Shown piece by piece: positions 1 to 9,458 of a stretch of DNA of 64,000 nt. The number at the start of each line of letters is the position of its first letter. Positions within the stretch are counted from its first letter, which is position 1. The position numbers and the translations under genes were made by a program. The stretch covers positions 84,643 through 148,642 of the forward strand of contig DHPR01000012.1 of assembly GCA_002410925.1 (NCBI GenBank), read 5' to 3'. The notes beneath the pieces are model-generated. The model worked only from the letters and a program-made list of their open reading frames with translations. It searched no databases and had not been told where the DNA came from. The DNA comes from a bacterium UBP13_UBA5359. Its GTDB lineage: Bacteria; UBP13; UBA5359.

Positions 1-487
1 CAGGCAAACCCAGATCCATTCTGCGTAGTGCTTCCTGCAATGCCAGCCGTCCTGTTCTATATCCACTGCCGGCATCGCCGAATTTCCAGCCCCAACCATC
101 GATTACCCTGAGTGAATCGCCTGCCGACACAGCCAGGACTGTTCCTGTACCGGCCATCAACACTCCCTTACAATCCGACTCGAGGGCGGCAAAGAGTGCA
201 ACTCCGGCTTCAGCCTCCCTGGAAGCAAAGACATCCATTGCGCCGCGCCGCATCAGAGCAGTCCGAAAGCCCTCTTTATTTCTGCCGACAAAGTTTATAA
301 CGGCATGAGAAGGTATTTTCGGCAGACTATCGAGCAGTTCCTCAAAAAACGACAGCGATTTGCCTGCCTCCATGCAGGGCACACCCACGCTGGGAACCGT
401 ACGTATTTCCGGCCGGTTACTGCCCTGCTCCAATATTACAGCTTCGGTTTTACTCGCTCCTATATCAAAACCTGCAACTATCCTCAC
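1..487 (-). CDS. BadF/BadG/BcrA/BcrD ATPase family sugar kinase (GlcNAc-kinase-like), 3' end runs off the window
   Basis: Not in the ORF track. Manual translation from GTG 487 (GGGAG upstream) gives VRIVAGFDIGASKTEAV...MAGTGTV...DGWGWKFGDAGSGYRTGRLAL, matching the DxGxxKT, AGTG and GWG..GD.GSG motifs of this family. An in-frame ATG at 559 is an alternative start. Confidence 0.8.
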   Translation of the reverse strand, partial: MRIVAGFDIGASKTEAVILEQGSNRPEIRTVPSVGVPCMEAGKSLSFFEELLDSLPKIPSHAVINFVGRNKEGFRTALMRRGAMDVFASREAEAGVALFAALESDCKGVLMAGTGTVLAVSAGDSLRVIDGWGWKFGDAGSGYRTGRLALQEALRRMDLGLP

Positions 488-530
488 CGTAAAAACTCTC
501 CCGCTACCATCCTTGCACCGGCTTCGGCAG

Positions 531-1364
531 CTATGCCCGGCAAAGATCTTCCGTTGCATAAGATAGACGCTCTTTCAAAAAGCCTTTAATCCATTTCGCC
601 TGATCGGGATGCTTGGCGATCTCTCTGTCGCCCAGAATCACGATATCGTCGATTTTACCCTCAGCCAGCGCTTTAGCGGCAAAATCGAACTGATACTCTA
701 CCCTATCCCTGGGCATTTCCTGGCTATCCGGTTCCGCCTCACCGTAATCATGCATGAAGAGGCCCAGCATAATAGGTTTTCCAGGAAACACTCTCCGTGC
801 ACGACCTATATATTCCGGCAAAGCCTGCAAATTGGAATACTTCCAAACCCAGAGATTTATAACATCTATAAATGGCAGATATGGACCGAACTCTTTATGC
901 AAATTCTCTGCATAGACGACCATGGCCAGCTTCATGGCAGGATTATAGAAACGCAGTGCATCCTGGACAGCCTTTATTCTTTCCGCCGGCAATTTTTCCA
1001 CGTGAACGCTGAAATCATCGACCAGCCCGCCCTCTATCGCATTATTAGATAACGACAGCTTGCTGATTATCCTGGCATCCTCAAGATCAGGGTGGCAAAG
1101 CTGCCCCTCTTCTCCTTGGGCAACCTCCTTACGGTCCTTTATCACCTCATCGTAACCTGCCGCACAACCCTTCACCTGGCAGAATATCCTGCTGCACGGT
1201 TCAAGGTAAGAGAGCATCTCTTCATTGTTAGGTCCGTAAACGTAGACTGCATTCCGGGCATGGAAATACTCCACCGCCTTGATAAGAGAGTCTTTTTCCA
1301 TGCTCCCTCCCCACCATTTGACAGGGCCGCCCCAGACCCAGACATTCTCATTAGCCTGCCACAT
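531..1364 (-). CDS. hypothetical protein (277 aa)
   Basis: ORF with strong RBS (AGGAGGAG), co-oriented between the large GH and the kinase; no recognised motif. Confidence 0.75.
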   Translation of the reverse strand: MWQANENVWVWGGPVKWWGGSMEKDSLIKAVEYFHARNAVYVYGPNNEEMLSYLEPCSRIFCQVKGCAAGYDEVIKDRKEVAQGEEGQLCHPDLEDARIISKLSLSNNAIEGGLVDDFSVHVEKLPAERIKAVQDALRFYNPAMKLAMVVYAENLHKEFGPYLPFIDVINLWVWKYSNLQALPEYIGRARRVFPGKPIMLGLFMHDYGEAEPDSQEMPRDRVEYQFDFAAKALAEGKIDDIVILGDREIAKHPDQAKWIKGFLKERLSYATEDLCRA

Positions 1365-1457
1365 ATTGACTGCTCCTCCTTATATATAAAACCTCTCTAT
1401 GATTTTACCTCTTTAAATCGATAAGCCGAACCGGCTCTTTCTTTCCGGACGCTCTCT

Positions 1458-4400
1458 CTATTCCAGTATAAATGTCTTGAACATTGCCGGATCCTTACCG
1501 CCGATTATACCGCGTGTCAAAGCCATCCAGTAAGACCAGCCGCCTTTGGGAACATCAACATCCATGTAAGCGAAATTACAGCCCAAAGCACTGCCCGGCT
1601 TACCTGCTAAAGGCTTAAGGCAGTTCCAGGGTATGGCCAGTTCATAATTCCATTTGCCGGGACAGGACTGAACAACAGCCGGTTTAAAGAGAGCGGTGGT
1701 ATCACCCTTTATCTTTTCATTCTCTGCAGCTGCAAACCACATATATGACTGCGGTCCTTCCCGAGTCAAGGCTATGCCGAAATCATAATCATCATCGCCA
1801 TATCCTGATTCACCGGATACCTCTGAAGAGAGCGCATCATTGCGTGCATCGATAGCAACAGCAAAACCATCTCCAGCCCATATGCCTGTACCGGTGTTAT
1901 CCTGTACATGAACGTCATCGGTTACCTCAGCAGCAAAATAAAGATGGCTATCGTCATAGGTCAACCAAACCTTCATGCTAAGATCCTCAGGCCCCATCCA
2001 CAGTCTGCCGGCTATATCTACTCCCGAGGGATAGATATTCTCCGTATTATCCAGAACTATCGGCCGCAGATGCTTGTATTCCTGTAGATTGCCGTCAACG
2101 TTTACTCGGCTGTGTAAACGAAACACCTGATAAGGAGCAAGATGTTTTTCGAGAACGGTTGTCCTGCCTTCCACTGTAATCACAGATGAAAACTCCTGGC
2201 CGGACAGAGCTAAAATATTACCTCTTTCAGGTCTTAGGGAGAGCACGCCTTTACCCTTAGCCGGTATTGAAAGATCTCCCTGTGCTGCCGAACGCCAGTT
2301 GATACCATTCATCGGGGCAGGCTCCACTCTGGCCTTGATCTCCCTGTCGGTTTGATTGGCTATATGTATATCCAGTGTCCTGGCATCGGAAATAACTGCT
2401 TCCGCTTTGATAAGGGGTAGCGCAAATTTCCCCTTTTGCAATGCAGCAGCCAGATCACAAGGCCTGGCTGTACTGCTAAGATAAATCGGAGAATCGGTCA
2501 ACAGAAGCTCCCTTCGCCCGGAATTGATAACAGCAGTCCTGTTGCCCATAACATCATAACTCTCAACTGCGGCAGGAAGATAAGCCAGCAGAGAGACCGG
2601 CTCTTTCAGGACCGTCCACAATGCAGCTACGGATTTATTCCCCTGCCTAAAAACGTATATCAAAATATCCTTATGGATACTGACCTCAACCGGCTCGACG
2701 GCATCGGCCAGCAATCTGGCTACAGCAGCATAAGATGCAACTACCGGCCGCGGTCCCTCTTTCTTCCACATATAGAAATCGGTTCTCAGAGGTGGGTCCG
2801 GTTCCCAGGTGGAGTAGACCATGAAATAGAGATAATGGCTTACCTCCGGCACGGATTTGGCTACAACAAAGCCCCGGGCCGCAACTTTGGCCATATCTTT
2901 GGCGTAAGGGCTATCTACGGCCAGATTGGAATCTATCATATATCCCTTTTCATCGATAGATAGTTTTTTCTTGCCGCAGGCGGCAGCTATATCTCTTGCA
3001 CGATGCAATATACTGCGTAATCCTCCTCGTTCCTCGCCGATGGGCAGAGAGCCCGGGCCGAAGATATTAGGCGAAACATATGGATTAAAACTAATGCCGT
3101 CAAGCACATCCCCGGTCTTCTGCCAGTATTTCTCAGCCACCACCAGATCGTTCTGAGAATCAACTCCGCTGACTCCGACCCCGCCCACGGTGCAATCAGG
3201 GTCGGCTTCCTTGGCGGCAGCTGCAATCGCTCTGGTAATCTTCACAAAATGGTCAAAAGAGGAAACCCTTTCACTGGTGCCCCACAGATAAGGCAAACCA
3301 TCATATTCTCCTGTAATATTCCATGCTTTTATACTGCTCTTGTAGCGTTTAACCGTCTCTTTGACAAATTTGCTCCAGGCATCATAATAATACTCCGGAA
3401 AGGGCTCTTTGTTGCTTTTACGCCATTCCATTACCTCTTTATACAGCCAGTTGGGAATATTGAACTGCCTGCCGTCAAAGGGAGAATAGAACATTCCTAC
3501 AACGTTAAGGCCCTCTTTCTGCCATTTACTGATTCTCTCATCCAAGCGAGAGAAATCAAAAACACCTTTTTTTTCCTCAGCCCACATCCAGTGCATGACA
3601 AACCCGATAGAGCCTGCATTCATGGCACGACAGCGTTCCGGCCCGCTGGGACCAAAGCAACTGATGCCAAAGAAAGGATCTCGTTTTTGAGCCTCCTTAA
3701 CTACACAGAAGCTATAAGTTTTAGCAGCCAAAGGCACTCCTTTCTCCTTAAAAACCATATTTACACCAAAGAAACCCTGGGTCTCCTGTCCTGGTATCGT
3801 CAGCCTGTACTCATAAGAAGATGAGGGCTTGAGCAGAAGCTGATCATTCTTACTGAACGTAACTTTATCCTCAAAATCCCTGACCGTAACCGCAACCTGA
3901 AGCCTGCGTTCTTGCCCAAGCTGATCAGCCAACCTGATGATGAAGGGAGCCTCTTGCCCGGGTGCAAGCAATCCGAACACACCGGGAAACTCTACATGGT
4001 CTCTGGCAGGGTCCTCGATCTGCAGGCCGGCGGAAGGAGCAACGACAGCCTCGCTCTTTTTTGTTCCATCCGCCTTCACCCTGCTTGCATTGTTATAAAC
4101 AGGCGCCAGGTTGATATCGTCATACCAGATAGTGCCCGTGTAAGGTGCGCCTTTAGCATCCCAGCCGGCCGATTTTCTGATCACCAAGCCTATCCTGAGC
4201 AGTTCCGTCCCCTCTTTAATCTCGAACTCCTTCTCCAGCTTCCGCCAGTCGACATCCCCGGCGCTCTGGTCCCATGGAGTCGCCAAGGTGGTAATGCCCA
4301 GCCACTTTCCATTCTCTCCGATATACTCTATAGTGACTATCCCCTGCCAGCCAAGAGCAAAATTCTTCATCTTCACCCAGACAGATGCTTTGAACTTCTT

Positions 4401-4676
4401 ATGCCCTTTAGGCAAATCACGAATGTCCTGCTGCACCCATCCTCCTGCCTTACCGGCCTCGCCCCGCAATACCAGCGATCCTGTACCCGGTCCGTGCATG
4501 ACCGTATTATCCACGGCAGGCTCTACCAGATCATTCCTCCAGCCGGCACCCCAGCCCTTTAAAGCATCTTCAAAACCCGGATTCTTTACCAAATTCTCTT
4601 CGCCGTATACCGTGCCCCCTATAAAAAGGACGCCAAAGAACAGCATCAAGATACGTATGGCTTGCCTCATTTTCAA
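1458..4676 (-). CDS. secreted multidomain glycoside hydrolase-like protein (CBM4/9-like + clan-A-like TIM barrel + CBM9/DOMON-like)
   Basis: Signal peptide; NLVKNPGFE CBM start; GH39/GH5-like W.WAE..KGVFDFS, WNITGE and DEKG; C-terminal YFAAEVTDD..Q / YELAIPW CBM9-like motifs. Confidence 0.75.
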   Translation of the reverse strand: MKMRQAIRILMLFFGVLFIGGTVYGEENLVKNPGFEDALKGWGAGWRNDLVEPAVDNTVMHGPGTGSLVLRGEAGKAGGWVQQDIRDLPKGHKKFKASVWVKMKNFALGWQGIVTIEYIGENGKWLGITTLATPWDQSAGDVDWRKLEKEFEIKEGTELLRIGLVIRKSAGWDAKGAPYTGTIWYDDINLAPVYNNASRVKADGTKKSEAVVAPSAGLQIEDPARDHVEFPGVFGLLAPGQEAPFIIRLADQLGQERRLQVAVTVRDFEDKVTFSKNDQLLLKPSSSYEYRLTIPGQETQGFFGVNMVFKEKGVPLAAKTYSFCVVKEAQKRDPFFGISCFGPSGPERCRAMNAGSIGFVMHWMWAEEKKGVFDFSRLDERISKWQKEGLNVVGMFYSPFDGRQFNIPNWLYKEVMEWRKSNKEPFPEYYYDAWSKFVKETVKRYKSSIKAWNITGEYDGLPYLWGTSERVSSFDHFVKITRAIAAAAKEADPDCTVGGVGVSGVDSQNDLVVAEKYWQKTGDVLDGISFNPYVSPNIFGPGSLPIGEERGGLRSILHRARDIAAACGKKKLSIDEKGYMIDSNLAVDSPYAKDMAKVAARGFVVAKSVPEVSHYLYFMVYSTWEPDPPLRTDFYMWKKEGPRPVVASYAAVARLLADAVEPVEVSIHKDILIYVFRQGNKSVAALWTVLKEPVSLLAYLPAAVESYDVMGNRTAVINSGRRELLLTDSPIYLSSTARPCDLAAALQKGKFALPLIKAEAVISDARTLDIHIANQTDREIKARVEPAPMNGINWRSAAQGDLSIPAKGKGVLSLRPERGNILALSGQEFSSVITVEGRTTVLEKHLAPYQVFRLHSRVNVDGNLQEYKHLRPIVLDNTENIYPSGVDIAGRLWMGPEDLSMKVWLTYDDSHLYFAAEVTDDVHVQDNTGTGIWAGDGFAVAIDARNDALSSEVSGESGYGDDDYDFGIALTREGPQSYMWFAAAENEKIKGDTTALFKPAVVQSCPGKWNYELAIPWNCLKPLAGKPGSALGCNFAYMDVDVPKGGWSYWMALTRGIIGGKDPAMFKTFILE

Positions 4677-4726
4677 CCTCCCGATTAATCAGATATGAAT
4701 ATACTCTTTTTGCTTCAATGCCAATA

Positions 4727-4754
4727 ATTCTGTTGAGCCTTCTTCCTGACCTGC
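4727..4754 (-). promoter_or_regulatory. putative sigmaH-like promoter (GCAGGT-N18-GAAT)
   Basis: Same spacing as four AGGA-N18-GAAT sites in the window; about 50 nt upstream of the GH start. Confidence 0.45.
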
Positions 4755-4785
4755 CCAAAAATGGAAAAGAAGACAGCAGCTAATA

Positions 4786-4835
4786 TAGCGCTTATTGCTA
4801 TAACAACTAATTATTATATTGGCATAAAAGCGCTT
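4786..4835. promoter_or_regulatory. two LacI-family operator-like palindromes (TAGCGCTT 4786-4793, AAGCGCTT 4828-4835)
   Basis: Central CG palindrome typical of LacI/GalR operators; same core recurs at 5958, 6021 and 6997. Confidence 0.5.
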
Positions 4836-4914
4836 ACTCCCTCTCTATCAGAACTCTTCTCTTGCTGCTTGCCAAATAAATTAAACGGCGTTGCAGCATC
4901 TCCTCTTTGCTTTC

Positions 4915-5940
4915 TTACCCAGGCGATGGCGAAGCCGTAGAATTACCGATTTGCAAATATGAAGGCAACACCATCTCTCTATAGCTTCCGCTATTGCCGC
5001 TCTCGATAATACTATATAGCAGCTCAACAGCCTTCTCACCGTATTCGTATGTCGGCTGCCTGACGATAGTACACCCCGGTAACGATCTAATGCTTGCCCC
5101 ATCAGAATCATTGGCAAACCCTATCAAAGATATATCTTTGGGTATGGCCAGATCTCTGTCGCGAAAAAACCTTATGGCCCCATAGGCCACCCGATTGGAA
5201 AGAGAGAGCACAGCACTATAAGAAACCCCTTCTCGCTCCATTTTTGTCAAAGCATCATAGGCAATATCTTCCTGGAACCCTATCTGCGCTTCCAGCAACT
5301 GGTCTGTCTCCAGCCCGGCCTTCTTCATGGCCAACCGGCACCCTTCCAACCTATGCTCGGTAGTGCCGGCGCCTTTTATGCCGCCCAAGACAAGAATACG
5401 GCGATGTCCCAACCCGATGAGATGCTCAATCGCCTGGCAGGATACTTCCTTATCATTGGTCAATACATAGTTGGCCTCTATGCCCATATGCTGATCTATA
5501 AAGACCACCGGCAGCAGCTTGATAATTTCCTTAAAATATTCGATATTCTCATTTCCGGGAGCAGCTATAAGAATTAACCCTGAAACTCTTTTCCGGATAA
5601 AATCATTTATCAATTGTCGTTCTCTTTGAAACTCATTTTTTGACTGACCGAGCAACATGTTATAACCGTTGGTAAAGATTCTATCCTCCACGGCTTTCGT
5701 AATGCCGGGAGTGAACAGATCTCCAGCACTCGGTATGACGTAACCGATCAGATTGGTCGGCTTGGACAGAGCCAGGTTAGAAGCGAAATAATCTGGCTGG
5801 TACCCTTTCTCTTCTGCTATACGCCGAACCATGCGCTTGACCCTTTCACTTACGTCCGGCTTGTCGTTCAGCGCTTTAGAAACGGTAGCCAGGGAGACTC
5901 CCAGCTCGGCTGCTATATCCTTTAATGTAACATTACTCAT
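4915..5940 (-). CDS. LacI family transcriptional regulator
   Basis: TLKDIAAELGVSLATVSKALN HTH plus periplasmic-binding-protein-like domain. Confidence 0.95.
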   Translation of the reverse strand: MSNVTLKDIAAELGVSLATVSKALNDKPDVSERVKRMVRRIAEEKGYQPDYFASNLALSKPTNLIGYVIPSAGDLFTPGITKAVEDRIFTNGYNMLLGQSKNEFQRERQLINDFIRKRVSGLILIAAPGNENIEYFKEIIKLLPVVFIDQHMGIEANYVLTNDKEVSCQAIEHLIGLGHRRILVLGGIKGAGTTEHRLEGCRLAMKKAGLETDQLLEAQIGFQEDIAYDALTKMEREGVSYSAVLSLSNRVAYGAIRFFRDRDLAIPKDISLIGFANDSDGASIRSLPGCTIVRQPTYEYGEKAVELLYSIIESGNSGSYREMVLPSYLQIGNSTASPSPG

Positions 5941-5952
5941 CTATTACACCTT

Positions 5953-6028
5953 TACTTAAGCGCTTTCGCAATATATTATTTATTCGCCGCTTGAAGGATT
6001 AATTCCTGCAAAAAAGATCAAAGCGCTT
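5953..6028 (-). promoter_or_regulatory. sigmaH-like promoter (GCAGGA-N18-GAAT, 5982-6009) flanked by AAGCGCTT operators (5958-5965, 6021-6028)
   Basis: Read directly from the sequence; near-duplicate of 6992-7044. Confidence 0.6.
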
Positions 6029-6098
6029 GGATTGATAAGCTGGGCATACTCTTTCTTTCCGGATATCCTCTAAAGTAATATTACTTTGCTGCCAAGCA

Positions 6099-6812
6099 CT
6101 AATATCCCACACCACTGTAATAAGTCTTTACATTCCAGTTGGCAACCGGCACCGGGTCTATAGCTACGTGGCCGTCAACATACAGAATATTCATGCCCGC
6201 ACTATGCCGAAAATCGCCATTGGCCTGCAAAGTAGCTGCAGACGACACATCGAAGCCGTGTACGCCCCAGAGAGGCTTGGGCCCTCCACCGACCGCGCTG
6301 CGGCCCCGACCGTCGATCAGAACGGCAAAATTGCTGGGCTGCCTTGCTGCCTTGAAATCGGCCAGAGTCAGCAGCGGATAGTTGACAACAGTCGGTGTTG
6401 TAAAGCCCAGGCGCTTGTTGTACATATAATTTGTCTGCCTGGTAGTGGTATCGGCACCGCTTACATAGACCGTCTCTTCAGATCCTTTCGGACATATCCA
6501 TATCTTGGGATTGGTCACATATTTGAGCGTCTCCATGGTTTTGAGCCAATCCAGGTTACGGCAACTATAAGCCAGTATATACTCATCCCAATCCTGGCTG
6601 TACATCGTTACCGCCAGCCCTATCTGCTTCATATTGCTCAGACAGGTAGTCTGCTGGGCCTTATCCCTGGCCCGCGCAAAAACAGGGAAGAGGATAGCTG
6701 CTAGAATCGCTATAATAGCAATAACAACCAGCAATTCTATAAGTGTGAACCCTCGCCGTTTCTCTCCTGCACCATCGGCTACTCGCCTCTCATACGATAA
6801 TTTGAACAACAT
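6099..6812 (-). CDS. prepilin-type N-terminal cleavage/methylation protein with DUF1559 / H-X9-DG domain
   Basis: [31 protein letters not shown] and [15 protein letters not shown]. Confidence 0.92.
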   Translation of the reverse strand: MLFKLSYERRVADGAGEKRRGFTLIELLVVIAIIAILAAILFPVFARARDKAQQTTCLSNMKQIGLAVTMYSQDWDEYILAYSCRNLDWLKTMETLKYVTNPKIWICPKGSEETVYVSGADTTTRQTNYMYNKRLGFTTPTVVNYPLLTLADFKAARQPSNFAVLIDGRGRSAVGGGPKPLWGVHGFDVSSAATLQANGDFRHSAGMNILYVDGHVAIDPVPVANWNVKTYYSGVGY

Positions 6813-6991
6813 CGTATTCCTCCTTCACCAATTATTTAGTTACCCGCATTTTACAGCGACAGAGCTATTGTATTGTCAGCCTGCAAAACATCTATCGGTC
6901 GCTTTATTTCCAACCGCTGTGGCGCTCTTCATCATTGGCGCTCCTTAAAGCAAGCCCGCGAGGTTCTCTGCTAGTTTTCCTATAGCATTCA

Positions 6992-7044
6992 TACTTAAGC
7001 GCTTTCGTAATATATTATTCGACGCTGGAAGTGTTGATTCCTGC
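6992..7044 (-). promoter_or_regulatory. sigmaH-like promoter (GCAGGA-N18-GAAT, 7017-7044) with downstream AAGCGCTT operator (6997-7004)
   Basis: TACTTAAGCGCTTTCG(C/T)AATATATTATT shared with 5953-5980. Confidence 0.6.
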
Positions 7045-7096
7045 AAAGAGATATCTCTGTGCTCTCCGAAAGAATGCCTGCCGAACGGATAGCAGC

Positions 7097-9442
7097 TTAT
7101 TCACCTCCCTCATAATTCTCACATTTTATAATTTTCAGAACGTATGCGCTTTTAGGCGCAAGAGTGGCTGTAAGAATAAGCACTCCGTCCCCGGCAGCTT
7201 CCACCTGTCCTGTAATTTCACCCGGTGCAGCCCCGGTATCCCAAAGGTAATACTGCCCGCTCTTCGTGATGCCCGCCTCTGGCGCTTCCAACCTATATTT
7301 TACGATTCTCTCCCCGGGGGACATATTGGTTATTGCCAGCGCCGGGTCACCGTCAGGAGCCAGCCATAAAGTACAGAGCACATCCGGCATCTCCACCGTT
7401 AGCCCGTCCTCGGAGGACTGCTTGACTGTATGCATGGTAAATTTATTTTCCCAGCGTGTTATCAGTTTTTCGTTCCGGGAAAGCAGCTGAGGCAAACGCA
7501 ACATTCTCCCTTCGGTGAGATACCGCCCACCTGTCGTGAAGGCTCGGCAAACTGCATCAAGATATCTCGCCGCCGCCTCATGTTCCTGTAAGAGCAGCTT
7601 CTCTGCCACCGAACTCTGTATCCAGCCCGGCTGGCAGCCCCAGGCAAACATCTGGCCCAGCTTGCTTATAAATGCAGACGGGTCTTGTAAATCCGCATCA
7701 TAAAAAGCCCGGCCAAAGGTCAGCACGTATCCGCCGTAAATTGCCGGGAAGATAGGCACTGATTGCGGATGAGCGGAAAACCACATCAAAAAAGCAGCCA
7801 CACCGGACATAAAGGGCTCGGCATTGGACTCCGTAGTCAACGCAACCTCTTCACCGGATTCCTCCGACCAGGTGACGATCTTCTCCAGCATATTCTGGTA
7901 TCCGGTCACTCCATAACCGCCGCCGCCAAGAGGATGGCCATGGGAGGCATCAAAGCAAAGAGGGGGAGCTCCCGCCGCCACCTGATCCAGATAGATGGCA
8001 TCAACACCCAGTTCACGGCGTATACAACTGATCACCTCTCGTATCTTATCCTGCCAGTACGAAGTATGGCTGCACATCGGCACCATTAGCTGCTCGTTGG
8101 GATATTGCTCTATATAATTATGCATAACTGCCGGATAACAACGAGGAGAAGATCTTTTGGCAGAGAATCTCTCCATCCCATCCTCTTGCCAGGATTTGCA
8201 ATTGGGATCAGCCAGGCGGGCGTTGATATAAGGCATAACGGTTATACCCTGCTCACGAAGGCGTTCCACCTGCTCTTTGAACCCCGTTTTTGCAGGCAGA
8301 AAATCAGGGAAATCGGTATTGAAGAGGTTCTGACCCCAGTTATACCAGTGAACACCGGTCCGGTATGGAAAGCGCTCATGCAAACGAATTGCCAGATCAG
8401 CCGTATCCTCAATGTGCGGCTCTGAAGGCAGGGATAGAGAGCCGGTATCTTTGCCGGAAGAGAGACACCACCAGAGAACAATCTTACGCAACCATTCCGG
8501 TACATCACTGCGATCGGCAATATTGCCTTTAGCCGCCCATTTCTGTTTCAATGCCCATTCTCTATAGATGCCGGAGGCGTCATACCAATCTCCCTGAAAA
8601 ACACCGGTAACCATGTGCTTCAAATTGGAGCAGGGCTGAGCCTGAGTCATATTTTCCGGAAAATGGTCAACGGATATATTCAAATTGCCGTTCACAGCCT
8701 CCATATTCAACCTCTTAGGATGCGCTTCCGGATCATGAAAGCCGATATATAAACCCTGCTTATCATTATCAAAGGCTAAGAATTGCATAGGCCACATAAA
8801 ACTGGGGTACATCGCCTGAAGCTTTGCATTCCAACCTTCAAACAGGCTCTCTGCCGGGCGGGATAAATAGGCTCCCCAGCCTCCTTCAGGAACGGTCAGA
8901 TTATCATACCGGCGATCGGCTCCATCTCTATGAACGTTATCGGCCAGCGGCAGCGTCCAGCGCCATAACGTCCAGCTGGAGCTATGATTATGCGCTGAAG
9001 CTCTCCAACAGGCAAGAGAAGTGCCACGACGCAGCTTCACGCTGATCCGCACATCAACTTTGTCATCCTTCTTTTTCCGAGAAATTGCCCGGTTTGGATC
9101 ACCGCAACACGCTCGATAGAGCGATATCTCCTTCCATTCCAAAAGAAGCGTCGCCTCTTCATCCGTTTCGGACAACTCCAAGCCGTAGTTACCGCAAGCA
9201 GGAGAGGAACTATTGATCAGAGCGCGAAAACCGCCTGTGTCACGCCATTCCATTTCCCACCATGGGCTATTAAGCATATTCTGAAAGCGAAAAAAAGCTC
9301 CGCTGTGCATATCTCTGATTCCACGGAGAGCAACAACGCCGCTGTCTCCCTCAAGACGAGCGAACTCAAGGCCGATCAGATTATTGTCCAGCCGTATTTC
9401 GTTTCCCTCTTCAAGCAGATTAAAATGCTTTGATGCGATCAT
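7097..9442 (-). CDS. putative glycoside hydrolase (DUF6259-like; supersandwich + TIM barrel)
   Basis: HWYNW...D.DFPDF, PYINARL.D and GVDAIYLDQV motifs; adjacent to GH20. Confidence 0.65.
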   Translation of the reverse strand: MIASKHFNLLEEGNEIRLDNNLIGLEFARLEGDSGVVALRGIRDMHSGAFFRFQNMLNSPWWEMEWRDTGGFRALINSSSPACGNYGLELSETDEEATLLLEWKEISLYRACCGDPNRAISRKKKDDKVDVRISVKLRRGTSLACWRASAHNHSSSWTLWRWTLPLADNVHRDGADRRYDNLTVPEGGWGAYLSRPAESLFEGWNAKLQAMYPSFMWPMQFLAFDNDKQGLYIGFHDPEAHPKRLNMEAVNGNLNISVDHFPENMTQAQPCSNLKHMVTGVFQGDWYDASGIYREWALKQKWAAKGNIADRSDVPEWLRKIVLWWCLSSGKDTGSLSLPSEPHIEDTADLAIRLHERFPYRTGVHWYNWGQNLFNTDFPDFLPAKTGFKEQVERLREQGITVMPYINARLADPNCKSWQEDGMERFSAKRSSPRCYPAVMHNYIEQYPNEQLMVPMCSHTSYWQDKIREVISCIRRELGVDAIYLDQVAAGAPPLCFDASHGHPLGGGGYGVTGYQNMLEKIVTWSEESGEEVALTTESNAEPFMSGVAAFLMWFSAHPQSVPIFPAIYGGYVLTFGRAFYDADLQDPSAFISKLGQMFAWGCQPGWIQSSVAEKLLLQEHEAAARYLDAVCRAFTTGGRYLTEGRMLRLPQLLSRNEKLITRWENKFTMHTVKQSSEDGLTVEMPDVLCTLWLAPDGDPALAITNMSPGERIVKYRLEAPEAGITKSGQYYLWDTGAAPGEITGQVEAAGDGVLILTATLAPKSAYVLKIIKCENYEGGE

Positions 9443-9458
9443 CGTGTCACCGTTATCT

